A DNA stretch of 64,000 nucleotides, taken from contig CM075977.1 in the NCBI GenBank assembly GCA_038087875.1, positions 285,944,001 to 286,008,000 on the forward strand, written 5' to 3'. The number at the start of each line of letters is the position of its first letter. Within the stretch, counting starts at the first letter, position 1. A program made the position numbers and the translations under genes. Under the pieces are notes generated by a model that was given only the letters and a program-made list of their open reading frames with translations, was not told where the DNA came from and did not search any database. Positions 38,670 to 52,633 of this stretch are shown here, piece after piece. Source of the DNA: Malacoraja senta. Lineage: Eukaryota.

Positions 38670-39160
38670 TCGTTACCCATCTAATCTGCCGGTTGCTAAA
38701 CACTTTAACACCCCCTCCCATTCCCACTCTGACCTTTCTGTCCTGGGCCGCCTCCATTGTCAGAGTGAGGCCCAGCGTAAATTGGAGGAGCTTGTGCTGC
38801 TTACACCCCAGTGGTATGAATATTGACTTCTCTAACTTCTCTCTCCATCCCTCTCCCTTCCGAGTTCTCCAACCAGTCTGACTATCCCCGATTACATTTT
38901 ATCTCTGTTTGCTTTGTTGTCACCTCCTCAGAGCTGACAATGATCTATTCTACATTTTCCTTGACCCTCATCCCTTTTGATGTCTCGTTTTCACACACTT
39001 TACCCTTCCTTATCTCTGTGCCTCCCTCTCCTCTGAAGAAGGGTCTCGACCTGAAATGTCATGCATTCCTCCTCTCCAGAGATGGTGCCTGCCCCGCTGA
39101 GTTACTCCAGCATTTGTGTCTATCTTCAGCATAAACCAGCATCTGCAGTTCCTTCCCACA
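38670..39160 (+). mobile_element. Penelope-like element 3' fragment (end of GIY-YIG endonuclease plus terminal repeat)
   Basis: PVAKHFNTPSHSHSDLSVLGRLHCQSEAQRKLEE; repeat with ctgaagaagggtctcgacctgaaatgtc. Confidence 0.8.
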
Positions 39161-39957
39161 CACATGGTCTTCTATTTTATTTTGTGTGAAATTGTGTCTT
39201 GACTCTTTAGGTCGGAGGCGCAGATATCCATCACTGTCAGCATATGGTCCCAGGAAATCTCTGCGAGCCATGGTGCGCGCTTCAATCTATAACTCCCCGC
39301 CATTCCAAGCAAACATTAATCCAAATCTGCCTCACCATTTGCAGTGACTGTCCCTGTTAAGAACTGTCACTTTATCGGTTTCCACCATGGAAGTTTGCAC
39401 TTCTCACACAACTTTGGAAATAATGTGGCTATTTTGTATTAATACACAGAAGATCTAACACCACGTGCATTGTGCATGCAAGGAAATCACTCCCATGTGC
39501 AAAGCTGGGGCAAGTTCGTTCACAGAACCATGTTTACATCTGTTTCCATGTATGCAACAATTGATACTATGTTCATGTATCAGTTAATGTTGTATTTATA
39601 AACTTGACATCTTTTTCTACTTCTTTCCTTTTATTCATATGTGTGAAAAGTTCTTGACAAACTTCTCTGGAGAGCTCTTATTAATGTCAATTTTACAAGG
39701 TTAAAAGATGATTCATTTGTAGTTAAATAAAATGTCAGATTAATTAGCTATTATTTGTGTTTATCAATACTATCCTTGACCTGAGACACACAAAATGCTG
39801 GAGTAACTAGGCGGGACAGGCAGCATCTTTGGAGAGAAGGAATGGGTGATGTTTCGGGTCGAGACCCTTCCTCAGACCTTAATTAACCATGTTAGCCATC
39901 TATTAGTATCAATAAATATATTTGTTAATCTTACTTCAGAAATCATTAACACAACTA

Positions 39958-39983
39958 TTATATATATATTATATATATATATA
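39958..39983. repeat. (TA)n microsatellite
   Basis: Direct reading. Confidence 0.85.
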
Positions 39984-41166
39984 ACATATACTTAGATGAC
40001 AATACCAAATTTAAGAAAAAATAATTATCATTAACATTTAAAGTTTGGCCAGCGGTACAGCCAGACACAAGTCTGATCTGACAGTTTCAAACTGAAATGA
40101 TGGATCTTGGTATGAGACAGATATACCGCATTAAAAAATGGCACCGCGCATTTTCCACTGCTGTGTTAAGCTGATGGGCAAGCGGCAGCATTCAAGCCCA
40201 AAGAGAAATAAATGGCTTTTGCTTCACAACTGGAATGCTATTTCCTCATGGAAATATAGATGTCTGGTTGAACTAACTGCAGATTGTAAGGTTGTAAGGA
40301 AATGGGGGAAAATAATGTCTGCATACAAATCAAAACGGTGGAGGGGGTCCAGAATTTATTGGCATCAGAAGAGAGAAAGAATTATCAAACATAAATCACA
40401 GCAAGACAGAGAAGTCGGTGATGCTGAAGTAAAAACGTGGTATTGAAGTAGGCGCACAAAGGGGGCAAGTTTATTCAGATGAAGTAGTTATTGTTTAATA
40501 GAAAAATTTGGAAGAATTTTCCAAACAGTTTGACAACAAACCAAAATCTTTGTGGAATCTTTGAGTGATAAAAAGATCAAAAGAAGTTCTGTTTGGTTCT
40601 GTGGAAGAGTATATATTTTTGTTAAATAAAAGAATATGCACGTTTATGTGTTCTCAGAACTTCATGAAGTCACAAAACACTATGTTGGAAGTACCATCAC
40701 TGTTGTTTTGGTTGATAAATATTGAAGACAATCTGTGTAATGCAAGTTGCCAGAAACAGCAAATTAGATAAATGACTCACTGCTCTGATTTGGTGTAATT
40801 TACTGAAGGGTAAACATTGGCAATGAGATCAAATAAACTCCTTTGCTCTTTGTGAAATGTGATAAGATCTTTTACTCTGGTTAGAATGCACAGCATCAAT
40901 ACATTTTCCAAAGAAATCAGTCCTTCAATAGTGGTACTTAAATTTGCAACAGGGACACAGCCATTTGGGTATATTAGGATTTCTACACCTATATTTTAGT
41001 GTTTAAATCTGTTGAAAATCATTGTAAATATTTGCCATAGCTGCATGTGACAAGGGAAGGGGGATAGGTGGTTGTGATGGAAGAGCAAATCAATCACAAA
41101 GGGAACAATCTCTTCCCGAAGCTGAATGGGAAAACGTTGATCTTATTGATGTGTATAAGATTATGA

Positions 41167-41699
41167 CTCCTCGTTGGATTGCAACCTTGTCGTGGTTGGG
41201 GAGCTTGTGTGTCTCAGTGACCCCTAGAGCTATGCCAGCGGGAGATTTGTCTCCTGTTAGGGTCTCCCATGCTGGACAGGTCGAAGGGTAAAGGCGAGAC
41301 GAAGAGCGATCCACTGGTCCTCCAGGTTGGAGGTTGAGCACAGGGCTAACAACCCTGTCTCATAAAACAAATATGTTACGGAAACAGCAACTGAAAGAAT
41401 CAACACTACTGGGCATGATGGACTTCCAGGGCTATCGACAGATGCTAGGATGAATGTAAGAGAACCAGACAGCATCCCAAGAATAACCCTGCACTGGACA
41501 CCGGAAGGGAAAAGGAAAAGAGGGAGACCCAAAACCACCTGGCGTCGAACTGTAGAGGAGGAAATGAAAACGATGGACCTGACCTGGGGTAGTGTCCAGA
41601 AGCTAGCCCAGAACAGACAGGAGTGGAGGACCTTCGTTGCTGCCCCACATACCAGGAGGCATAATAGGCAGTAAGTAAGTAAGTAAGTAAGTAAGTAAG
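41167..41699 (+). mobile_element. Short bipartite (internally deleted) RTE element
   Basis: RTE-type 5' UTR (ggtcctccaggttggaggttgagcacagggctaacaaccc) fused to the RT C-terminus (LHWTPEGKRKRGRPKTTWRRTV). (GTAA)n tail. Degenerate duplication agattatga / ggatcatga in the host CR1. Confidence 0.8.
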
Positions 41700-42060
41700 G
41701 AGGATCATGAGAGAAATAGATCGGGTAGATACAAACAGTCTCTTGCCCAGAGTAGGTGAATCAAGAACTAGAGGATATGGGTTTAAGGTAAAGGGAAAAG
41801 GATGTGATAGGAATTTGAGGGGCAACCTTTTCACAGAAAGGGTGGTGCATGTGTGGAACAAACTGCCAGAGGAGGTAGTTGATGCTGGGAATATCCCAGC
41901 ATTTAAGAAACAGTTAGACAGATACATGGATAGGACAGGTTTGGAGGGATATGGACCAAATGCTGGCAGATGGGACTAGTGTAGCTGGGACATGTTGGCC
42001 GGTGTGGGCAAGTTGGGCCAAAGGGCCTGTTTCCACACTGTATCACTCTGTGACTCTATG
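41700..42060 (+). mobile_element. CR1-type LINE 3' fragment (host of the RTE insertion; begins ~41138)
   Basis: MREIDRVD..LLPRVGESRTRG..FTERVVHVWNKLPEEVV; tail tatcactctgtgactctatg. Confidence 0.8.
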
Positions 42061-42507
42061 GGAAATGGGGAAGATGGTGGTGGAAATTATGGAAGGTAGT
42101 CTTTTAAATATGGAGGGTTGTGTGGTGAACAGTAAGGACATGGGATCCCTATCCTTGTTTGTCCAGGAGAGGCGATGGGTAAAGAGGTGCAGGAAATAGA
42201 GGAGATAAAGTTGAGGGTTTGACAACTATTCTAGAGGGAAGGGAATGGGTATCAAAAGAAGTGAGACTTATTTAATGCTATGATAACAAGACTTTCCACA
42301 TCAGGGAGTATCTTCTGAACAATAATTTCAGATAATCATCCTCTTTTTCTCTCCGTAGCCGTGGCTGTACTTTCTGTTACTATTTGTTATTCTGTCTCGA
42401 TTCACTTCCTTCCTTCTTCCACTCTGTAACATAAAACATTCTTGTTTTCTCACTTTTCTAATTCTGAAGAAGGATCCTTGAGTTGAAATTAATGTTTCTC
42501 TTCCTAA

Positions 42508-43292
42508 TGGGCCTGTCCCACTTAGGCAACTTTTTAGGCGACTGCAGGAGACTATGCTGTTGCCACATGGTCGCCACATGTTCGCGGGTGGTTGCCATGG
42601 AGTCGTCTTCATGGTCGTGAGGAGTTCCCGCATTCTGGGAACTAGTCATGGCTTCATTATGCTCGCCGCAAATTTTTCAACATGTTGAAAAATTAGCGGC
42701 GACCAGAATTTATCCGCCATAGAGAGTAACGAGAATTCTCGTGCCGTAGGTAGGTCACCAGGAGGTGCTAGTGGGTTTCCAGGAGGTCGAAGGTTCTCAT
42801 AGTTTCTTGTAGGTTGTAGCCAGTGCTGACCGGTGAATTTCATTGGCTCATTGGGAAAAAAACCAAAAGCAGTCGTTTTCAGAACCAAGGATAACTGACC
42901 GGTAATGTTAATGTCCGCCGAGCTTCACAGCGTGTATCTCTGGCTTCTTAAAAGTTGTCTCCACTCCTTCTCCCCCCCTTCTCCCCCCTCTCCTCCCCTC
43001 TTTAAAAGGACTGACGTACACTGCGCTTTAGCCGTCTTAATCACATCGCCAACCTTCCTGTTCATGTGTGTCTGTATCACCTTGGCTTTGCACCATGTGA
43101 ATTTCACTCAGACAGCGTTCCCTCGCTTGCCCTGTCCCCTGCCTGCATAACGAGCTGGTGACGGAAAGCGATGTGTGTGTGTGTGTTACACTCTGACAGT
43201 CGCCGTTCCAGTTGCTGGTTTTTCAGGTGAATGCCGGCAATTTGACAGTCGCCGGCAGTTGCCTGAAAAATCACCTATGTGGGACAGGCCCA
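42508..43292. mobile_element. PIF/Harbinger-like non-autonomous transposon
   Basis: TIR tgggcctgtcccac / gtgggacaggccca; exact TAA TSD in a cTAAg context. Confidence 0.8.
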
Positions 43293-46261
43293 TAAGGACG
43301 CCATTTGGTCTGCTAAGTGCTTCCAGCAGTTTCTATTTCGGTATTGACATTTTAACATCTGCAGTTTTTTGTTCTGATTTAGCAAAAAAGTCCTGTATAC
43401 ATCATACAAATTTTATTCTCTTCAAGCCAATAAATTTTGTGTGGTGTTGGAATCTTGTACTGTTGCTATTCTAAATATTCACTCCCTTCCCTCACCTTTT
43501 TTTAAAATATTTTAAACTAGAGGAGTTAAAGATGGTTACATGGAATACAGAGAATTAAGAGTTGTTTCCTTATGTCTTCATCTGCATTCTTTTCAACTTA
43601 TTCTGAACATGACCTGGAATGGCTTAATTATTTCAGTTACCAAAACTAACATTCTTTATTCCAATGCTGAATAGAAAATGCATTCAGATTCAATATGACA
43701 CGTAGAGCACAATGCTTATAATAATGATCCTTCTTCAAACAAACTATATCACCATGTTTTTAAATTTAATCATGCATAGTACATAACTGTGATTGTCAGA
43801 GATAGCCACAGCCCCTTCCAATGTTAGCACCACAAGTGCTCAGGTTTGTGCCAACAGTACCCCTGAATCAAGCAGTAAATAAAATGAGGAAAGGTTTGTT
43901 GCAACTGGAAATGGATAGGGGAGGTGGGGGGGAGAGAATGCTGTTGTAGCTCTTGAAAGTACATAAATAAATCAGTCACAAGATGGTCTTCAGTATCTAC
44001 CTTCCTCTGATAAAGGGCCTTTTTGCATGGTTCATCTGTGGGTCATAATGAATTTTGGAAAAATATAACAGCTGTTAAGGATTGCATTGCTAAGTGCAAA
44101 ACTTTGGCAGATGCAATAATTCAGGTTCCTTAAGTTTATGGCTCAGCGCAGCCTGCCAAGCTAGTTCTAATTTCTAGAAAACAAGCCTCTTTTTGGAAAA
44201 GGAATGGAAGTGTAACTTGGAATCTCCATCGCAGCATTGCAGGTATTATGCTGGTGAGGACAATAAAAATCCAACATTTCTCAACTTGTTGGCTTCATGC
44301 TACAAAATTGCTACAAGGCTGTTTAATGCACACAGGTGTAGTTTTTTTTGCAAGGAATACATGTTAAAAAGGATGAATAGATTAGGCATTAAGAAAGTAG
44401 TCTGCAATTATGTAATATCAACAGAGCACTTTGACATGCAATGCAATGGGCACAGTGTGAAGAGTTGGAAACACACCACTCAGGGAATGAACAATTGGTA
44501 GAATGGATCTTATTTTGGGTCCTACATAGGTTTAGCCTTTCATAAGTCAAGTAATCAGAACCACCTTAAACCACAAATTCACATAACATGATAATAATCT
44601 TAGTTAACTGGAACCAAAGTCGCAGCATTGCAAAGGAAAACAAATTAAAATTAAATGCGAATGTTAAATGTTTACATTTTAATGGAATATTTCATTTCAC
44701 TGATGGAACAAAATTTATTTAGGCTAGGGGATCTTTCAAAGTACTGAGTAGTTCTTTCATGTTTTACATTACACTAAAAAAAACTATTATAAACTCATTT
44801 AATGCCATTCATTAAAATATATTTGAGAAACGGTAAACAATTTTTTCAAGGTGAATTAGTTGCTTTCTTGACTTAATCTGCAAATCATCTGAAGGAATTA
44901 AATGGCCATGTACGTATTGCCACCCAGCAATTTAATAACCTCAGTGTAACCCAGCAGGAATAACATGTCAATCAGTCACACAATAACACAAATCTTCCCA
45001 GAGTTATCACTTCTATGACTCACTTTTACGACCAATGTCTGTCCTTATCTTGACATGGGAAAGGTGTGCAAACAGCTGGACTGAATCTTATCAATGCTCA
45101 CTAACACAAGGGTTCTAAAAAGACAATCTGACGCTGGAATTTCCGACTTGGACATACTAGACCAGATTTATCACTCTTGGATGATTTCCAATCAATCTTC
45201 AAGCTTCACTCTGGTGATTGGAATACCTGTGATGTGACTGTGTGGGACAGCTGGTTTACTCCCTCGCACCATGTTCCTGTACAGTGAAAGGGCCTTCCTC
45301 ACTCCTCTGCGATTATGTTGAAGATGGATATTGGGGACGAGTGTTGAGGAGTGGTGGAGATGGAGAACAGTGGAAAGCCACAATAAGCTCAACTACCAAA
45401 AGTGTGAACAAAATCCTCATTGCAAACTACGTCACACCTTTTGATAACCAGAGCTGACTGGCTTTCAAATATATTCAAAAACTTGTTAGAAACTTAAATA
45501 TATTTTACAAAAGTTCCAAAACAAGAAAAAATATTAAAATCACTCAAATAATTCCAGTAACTAAACTTACTATGATGGACCTCGGACTTTGGCCGATATT
45601 TCCCTCCATTAAAATAAATGGGTTTCTGGGCCTTGATCAGAAGATGAAGATGGATGGTAGTGATATTTGCAGCGTGGGGAGAATAGGTGGCAGGGACAAT
45701 TAGTGGGGAAACTGGAATTGCCTGGTGAGCTGGAAAAAGGCCAAATGGGCCAAATTACCTCCTGCTACATCATAAGGAAATATGGAAATGTGGAACCTGG
45801 TGCAGGATGTAAATGCAGATCACTTGGTTCAAGTAGAGGGTGAACAATATCGGTGCAATATCCAATTCTCATACAGCACTTCATGAGAAGTAGAAAATCT
45901 GCAGCAAATGACCAACTGCAACTTTGCGTACGTGCATGGAAATAATCAAAACTACTGACAGTTTCATGAAAAAATGATTTGCTGCCGAGGTTTGGAATTC
46001 TGCACTTTTACCTCATAGGAAACAAATACTTTAATAAAAAACATTATGAATATATAAAGATTTGAGAAACTGCAGAATGTATTACTGCAATGGAGGGACT
46101 ACTTAGGACAATATTAGGAAACTTTATGAAACAAGGAAAGTTCCTTGTATCTCTAGAAACCTTGTATCTGATTCACCGCACTATCCCAATCCTATCCAGA
46201 TGTCTGATTGCTTGATGATGGCTGATTCAAAGTTAAACAATCAAAAACTTTAAAAGTTTCA

Positions 46262-46441
<180 letters not shown>

Positions 46442-47879
46442 TCACTGGAATGTAGCTTGGTGCTGGATTTGTGTGCTTTTATATTCCCTTGAAGGGGTTC
46501 AGCGGTTCAACCGGTGAAAAATCATTAACTTGATTGCAAAGGACATAAATAAAGCCTGACAAAATCAAGTCCTTCAAGTTTTCTTATCATCACCATCAGT
46601 AATTTAATAAAACCATTAGGTCTGTCATTGAAGGAGTTTCTTCAGTTTATCCTGGCAGTGCTATACCAGAGATTAGATTAAGTCAAAAAAAGATACGTAC
46701 CTGTTTTACATATGCACTCAATTTATTTTAAATTCCAAAGTCAAAACATGATTATTTTTGGTTTCTCAGGTTTACTCATTCTAGTATGAGTAGCAAAGTA
46801 ATGACTTTTTTTCTGGTGCCATAGACAAATAGAAATACGTAAAAATATAGCCAAAAGGATCATAGTACTGACCACCCTCAATTTAGAGACACACTGGAGC
46901 CTTTATTAATTTGTGTGTTTTTTTACATTTTACAGACTCAACATAAATAACTTTGCCAAAAAAACAGAATTTATACAACGAAAAACACAGTTCTGGCAAA
47001 TTAGGCCTTTTTAAACTTACTTATTGAGGTATACTAGAGATTATGCATCATTCTGGTGGTTGTTTGAGATGGCTACAAAACTACAGAATAAGCAGAAGAT
47101 AATGCTAATGGGACTAGATACGACCGTCAACAACTGCAAATAAAAATTCATCTGTCAGAGGTGATGCGGTGAAAGTTGTTGTAATCATTTAAAAATATAT
47201 GATTCAACTGATACTGGGTTACATTAGCTGAATTATTCTGGAACTGAAGGAACCACTTTCAATCTTGATCTATGTGACCTTGCTGCAAATTTCTTGCATT
47301 ACAATGGTACCTAATAGACTGTGAAGGTTTGGAACATCCTAATGTTATGAAAGGCACTGTGGAAAGGCAACTATTTGTTTGCTTCTGTACTCAATACTAT
47401 TTCTCATTGCAGTGAAAGCAGGTTAATTTCTCCAGTAGATATCACAATGTGCTGGAGCAACTCAGCAGATCAGGCAGCATCTCTAGAGAAAAGGAACAGT
47501 TGACGTTTTGATTCAGGAACCGTTCTTCAAACTCAAAATGTCAACTGTTCCTTTTATCCAGAGATGCTGCCTGACCCGTTGAGTTGCTCCTGCACTTTGT
47601 GTCTGTCTTTGGTTAAAAACCAGCATCTGCAGTTCCTTCCTAATTTTCTCCAGTAATTTGCCTCAGAGAAGTCTTGGGTGACTTTGGCTCTAAGTATCAC
47701 CAGCAACAAAACCCTTTGGATTAATGGCCAATAGTACACATAGCCTAAACAAGATGCTCACATTTCATTGCCTGAAGCAAATGGAATGTTTGCCGGATGT
47801 TGGAATTTACAGTTCACTCAATAACCACATCCTATGTGAGAGAACGACAATGCTAAAAACCAGCTACAAACACATGTTT

Positions 47880-49085
47880 CCTCTGTGTCCCATAGCTCAT
47901 GCTCCCACTCTGCCCAGAAGCAACAAGTATAGTGTTTCCCTGCTTCTCACCTTTCACCCCGCCAGCCTCCGCATCCAACACACCGTTCTCCGACGTATTT
48001 ACCACCTCCAATGTGGTCCCACCATTAATCACATCCTCCCATCCCCATCCCTTTCCACTTTCTGCAGACCACTCCCTTTGCAACTCCTTGGTTCACTCAT
48101 CCTTTCCAACCCAAACTATTCCCTCCCCATGTACCTTTTACTGCAACCACTGGAGATGTAAAACCTGTCCCTATACCTCCTCCCTCACATCCATCCAAGC
48201 ACCCTAAAAGTCCCAAAGGTCCATCCAGGTGAGACAAAGGTTCATGTGCACCTAACCTCTTCTACTGTATCTGGTGTTCCCAATGTGACCTTTTGTACAT
48301 CAACGAAACCAAGTGCAGACTCGGCGGTCGTTTCGCTGACTATTTGTGCTCGGAATGCCAAAGCCTACTGGATCTCCTGACTGCTAAACATTTCAACTCC
48401 TCTTCCCAATCCCACACTGACCTTTCTGTCCTGGGCCTCCTTCATTGCCAGAGCAAGGCCACACACAAACTGGAGGAACAGCATCTCATATTCCGCTTGA
48501 TAGCTTACAATTCAGCAGTATGAACATTTTTTTAAAAGACACAAAATGCTACAGTAACGCAGTGGGTCTGACAGCATCCCTGAAGAACATGGATTGGTGA
48601 TGTTTAATGTCAGGACCCTGTTTCAGACTTTTACTCTAGCACTTTGCGCATGTTTTCCAGGGATGTTGCTTGAGCTGCTGAGTCATTCCAACTTTTTGTT
48701 ACTTGTTAATTTTTTTTTGTATATCAGCACCTGTAGTTCCTTGGTTTTAATTATCAAAAATGAATTCTCAAATTTTAGGTATCCCCCACCCACTCTTCCC
48801 TGTGCCCAATCTAGACACACCTACTTCTCGCCTACCCCTTCTGCTTCCACCTACATTTCTTATTCTGGTTTCACAATTTGCAACTCTTCTATCCTTATCT
48901 CTCATCTTTTGTCTTTTAATCTCAGGCCTTTGTCCAACCTTTGTCGATCAAAACTCACCCTTATCTGCATCCACTTATTACTTGCCAGGTTTTTTCCTCC
49001 CCCTCCTTTCTTCCAACTGCCTTTCCCCTCTGCAACACAATCAGTCCGAAAAATGTCCCAACCAGTAACGTATCCATGTTCTCCA
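47880..49085 (+). mobile_element. Decayed Penelope-like element (GIY-YIG endonuclease region plus terminal repeat)
   Basis: LLLTFHPASLRIQ, YINETKCRLGGRFA, HFNSSSQSHTDLSVLGLLHC, KLEEQHLIFRL. The repeat resumes after the Tx1 insert at 51421. Confidence 0.8.
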
Positions 49086-51420
49086 CTGACCCTAGAGGAG
49101 CTGACTGGCTCCATCCGTTCCTTTGACTCGAGTAAAACTCCCGGAAGCGATGGCTTACCGGCCGAGTTGTATTCGGCTCTGTGGGACTGGGTGGGCCCGG
49201 ACCTGCTGGAAGTGTACAATGACATGCTTCTAGCCGGCAGCATGGAAGACTCCATGAGGAAGGGCAGCATCACCCTAATCTACAAACAGAAGGGGGAGAT
49301 GAAGGACATAAAGAATTGGAGACCCATAACATTGTTGAATGTAGATTATAAGATCCTGTCTAAGGCCATCGCCAACCGGGTCAAGTCTGCTCTGGGACAG
49401 GTGATCCACCCGGACCACACCTGTGCTGTACCTGGCCGGAAAATCTCAGACGGCCTAGCGCTGCTAAGAGACACTATCGCCTACGTGCAGGACAGACGGG
49501 TGGATGCCTGCCTAGTCAGCTTGGACCAGGAGAAGGCCTTCGACAGGATATCGCACACGTACATGAGGGACGTGCTCTCCAAAATGGGTTTTGGAAGGGA
49601 ATCCGAAATTGGATCAAACTGCTCTACACCAATATTCGTAGTGCAGTCCAAATCAATGGGTGGGAATCAGACAGTTTCCCTGTAAGGTCTGGAGTCAGGC
49701 AGGGGTGCCCTCTCTCTCCTGTCTTGTTTGTCTGCTGTATTGAACCTTTTGCCGAGTCCATCAGGAAGGATGCGAGCATAAGAGGAGTGACATTGCCAGG
49801 CAGTGGGGGCATTCAAGTCAAAACCTCCCTGTACATGGATGATGTCACTGTCTTCTGCTTGGATCCAGGGTCGGTCCGCAGATTGATCAGTATCTGCGAC
49901 CAGTTTGAGTCGGCCACGGGAGCCAGGGTGAACCGCAGGAAGAGCGAGGCCATGCTCTTTGGCAACTGGCCCGACCGAACTTCTGTCCCCTTCACCATCA
50001 AGCCTGACTTCTTGAAGGTGCTGGGGATCTGGTTCGGGGGGGCTGAGGCGTGTAACAAGAATTGGCTGGAGCGGATAGTCAAGGTGGGGAAGAAGCTGGA
50101 GCTGTGGAAGCAACGCTCCCTCTCCATAACCGGAAAAAATGTGGTCATCAGGTGTGAGGTGCTCTCGGGGCTGCTGTGCTTGGCGCAAGTGTGGCCTGTC
50201 CCTCCCTCCCACGCCACAGGGATCACCCGGGCCGTCTTCCAGTTCATCTGGGGGTCGAGGATAGACCGGGTGCGACGGGCCACAATGTACAAGTCAGCAG
50301 ACAACGGGGATAAAAGCGTGCCCAACGTCGCCCTCACCCTGATGGCCATCCTCGTGTGTGTGGCTGCATCAGGCGGAGTGTAGAACCAAGGCACGTGGGC
50401 ACCAAGTGTCACTACCTGCTGAGGTTCTACCTGTCCCCGGTGTTGCGAAGGATGGGCCTGGCACAGATGCCACGCAATGTGCCAGTCAGCTGGACATTGC
50501 CGCCCCATCTGTTGTCTGTGGAAAGGTTCTTCCGGACCAACACCTTTGACCACATGTCCATTGGGCAGTGGTCAGCACAGAACATCCTGCAGGCACTGCA
50601 GGGAAAGGACTCGATGGATCCGGTGGCGTGGTTCCCAGAGCAGACTGCCCAGCTTGTCTGGCAAAATGCCTCATCGCCAGAACTCACCAACAAGCACCAA
50701 GACCTGGCTTGGCAGGCGGTGAGGGGAGCCCTCCCAGTCAGATCCTTCCTGCACCGTCGGAACCTCATGGCCAGCGAACGCTGCCCTCGGGACGGCTGCT
50801 ATGGAGAGGAGACAGTTGCCCACCTCTTTGCAGAGTGTGGATTTGCAAAAAGATGTCTGGAGAAGTATGCAAGGGTCCCTGGAACGCTTTATCCCAAACA
50901 GCTCCGTCACAGAGGACTCTGTGATTTACGTACTGTTCCCAGGGACACATTCAGAGACTGACATCGAGTGCTGCTGGAGGGTCATCAACTCGGTGAAAGA
51001 TGCTCTTTGGTCTGCCCCAGCGTTGTTCACCACCCAGCAGAGCGAGATGTCCGTCAGGGAATGTTGCCGACTGGCCCGCTGCAGACTGCAGGAGTACGTG
51101 CTGAGGGACGCACTGAAGCTTGGTGCAGCCAACGCCAAGGCTCGGTGGGGGAGGGCCACAGTCTAGGGTCCTTCCGATGCTGGACATGGGGGGCACGGTA
51201 TGGTGGAGACGCCCCTCAAAATAAGGGAAGGTATCCCATGCCAGGGGGCCACATGAGTGGCACGGGTGGGGGATGGATCTGTGGAATTGGAAAAAAAATG
51301 TATTAACTGCATTGAACAATTTGTATAGCCTCCGAAAATGTCGGATGAATGTTTCGCACGGTTCACGTATTGTATATATTTATTACTTGAATAAAGTCAA
51401 TTTTGAAATTTAAAAAAAAA
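49086..51420 (+). mobile_element. 5'-truncated Tx1-clade LINE
   Basis: KTPGSDGLPAELY, NWRPITLLNVDYKIL, LDQEKAFD, YMDDV and C-terminal CCHC RCPRDGCYGEETVAHLFAEC. AATAAA plus poly(A). 16-bp TSD gtatccatgttctcca (49070-49085 / 51421-51436). Frameshifted. Confidence 0.9.
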
Positions 51421-52182
51421 GTATCCATGTTCTCCAGAGATGTTGCCTGACCCACTGAGTTATTCCAGCACTGTATCTATCTTTGGTTTTTTGTGGTTAT
51501 GGATCCTTTTTTAAGAAAAAATATTTTTGATTTCTGCAGTGAATGCTCTTGCCTACTTTATTGTGAGTGCACTCGGCCACCTTGATATCCAGGTGAGGTT
51601 AGTATTGAACCAGAACTAGGCTTAGTAAATCCTTTTTAGATTGCTTCAGCCTTTGTTTTCATTTCATGTTTTCAGAGCAGCATCACTGACATTGAGAAGC
51701 AGCCAATCCATAGATTAAAAAAATAAGATATCTCCAAAAGTGACCCTTGCAATTTTAACCATTATTTGTTAAACTTGATGTCAACTCATTATCATTTAAG
51801 CATCCAGACAGTACTATGTCGATTCAGAAGGATCACTACAGTATGTCGATTCAGAAGGATCCCAATTTTTTGGATGAAGCTGGGGTACACTGCTGAGAAA
51901 CAATTTCTGAAAGAGGAGGTACACTGAGCATGTGATTGTAAATTGTGCAGGAAGGAACTGCAGATGCTGGTTTACACCTAAGATAGACACTGGAATAACA
52001 CAGTTGGACAGGTAGCATCTTTGGATAGAAGGAATGGGAGACATTTTGGGTCGAGACCCTTCTACGGACTCAGAAAGAGTATGAAGATGGGTCGCTACCC
52101 AAAAAATGTTGTGTCTATCTTTGATTGTAAATTGTCTTCCTCTTCTGCAGTTCTTTCTGTGCTGCATGCACTGATTTCAATC

Positions 52183-52633
52183 ACATAGAAACATAGAAAC
52201 ATAGAAAATAGGTGCAGGAGTAGGCCATTCGGCCCTTCGAGCCTGCACCGCCATTCAATATGATCATGGCTTGATCATCCAACTCAGTATCCTGTACCTG
52301 CTTTCTCTCCATACCCCCTGATCCCTTTAGCCACAAGGGCCACATCTAACTCCCTCTTAAATATAGCCAATGAACTGGCCTCAACTACATTCTGTGGCAG
52401 AGAATTCCAGAGATTCACCACTCTCTGTGTAAAAAATGTTTTTCTCATCTCAGTCCTAAAAGATTTCCCCTTTATCCTTAAACTGGGACCCCTTGTTCTG
52501 GACTTCCCGAACATCGGGAACAATCTTCCTGCATCTAGCCTGACCAACCCCTTAAGAATTTTGTAAGTTTCTATAAGATCCCCCCTCAATCTCCTAAATT
52601 CTAGCGAGTACAAGCCGAGTCTATCCAGTCTTT
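52183..52633 (-). mobile_element. Young CR1 3' fragment
   Basis: ORF 52284-52613 nearly identical to the C-terminus of 10553-11287; (CATAGAAA)n is the antisense tail. Confidence 0.9.

Noticed and set aside
48594-49685. 363-aa ORF as a novel membrane protein-RT fusion
   Set aside because: The N-terminal half is read-through of pyrimidine-rich Penelope UTR upstream of the Tx1 insertion point at 49086.
49624-51366. Many overlapping antisense and alternative-frame ORFs
   Set aside because: By-product of the GC-rich Tx1 coding sequence.
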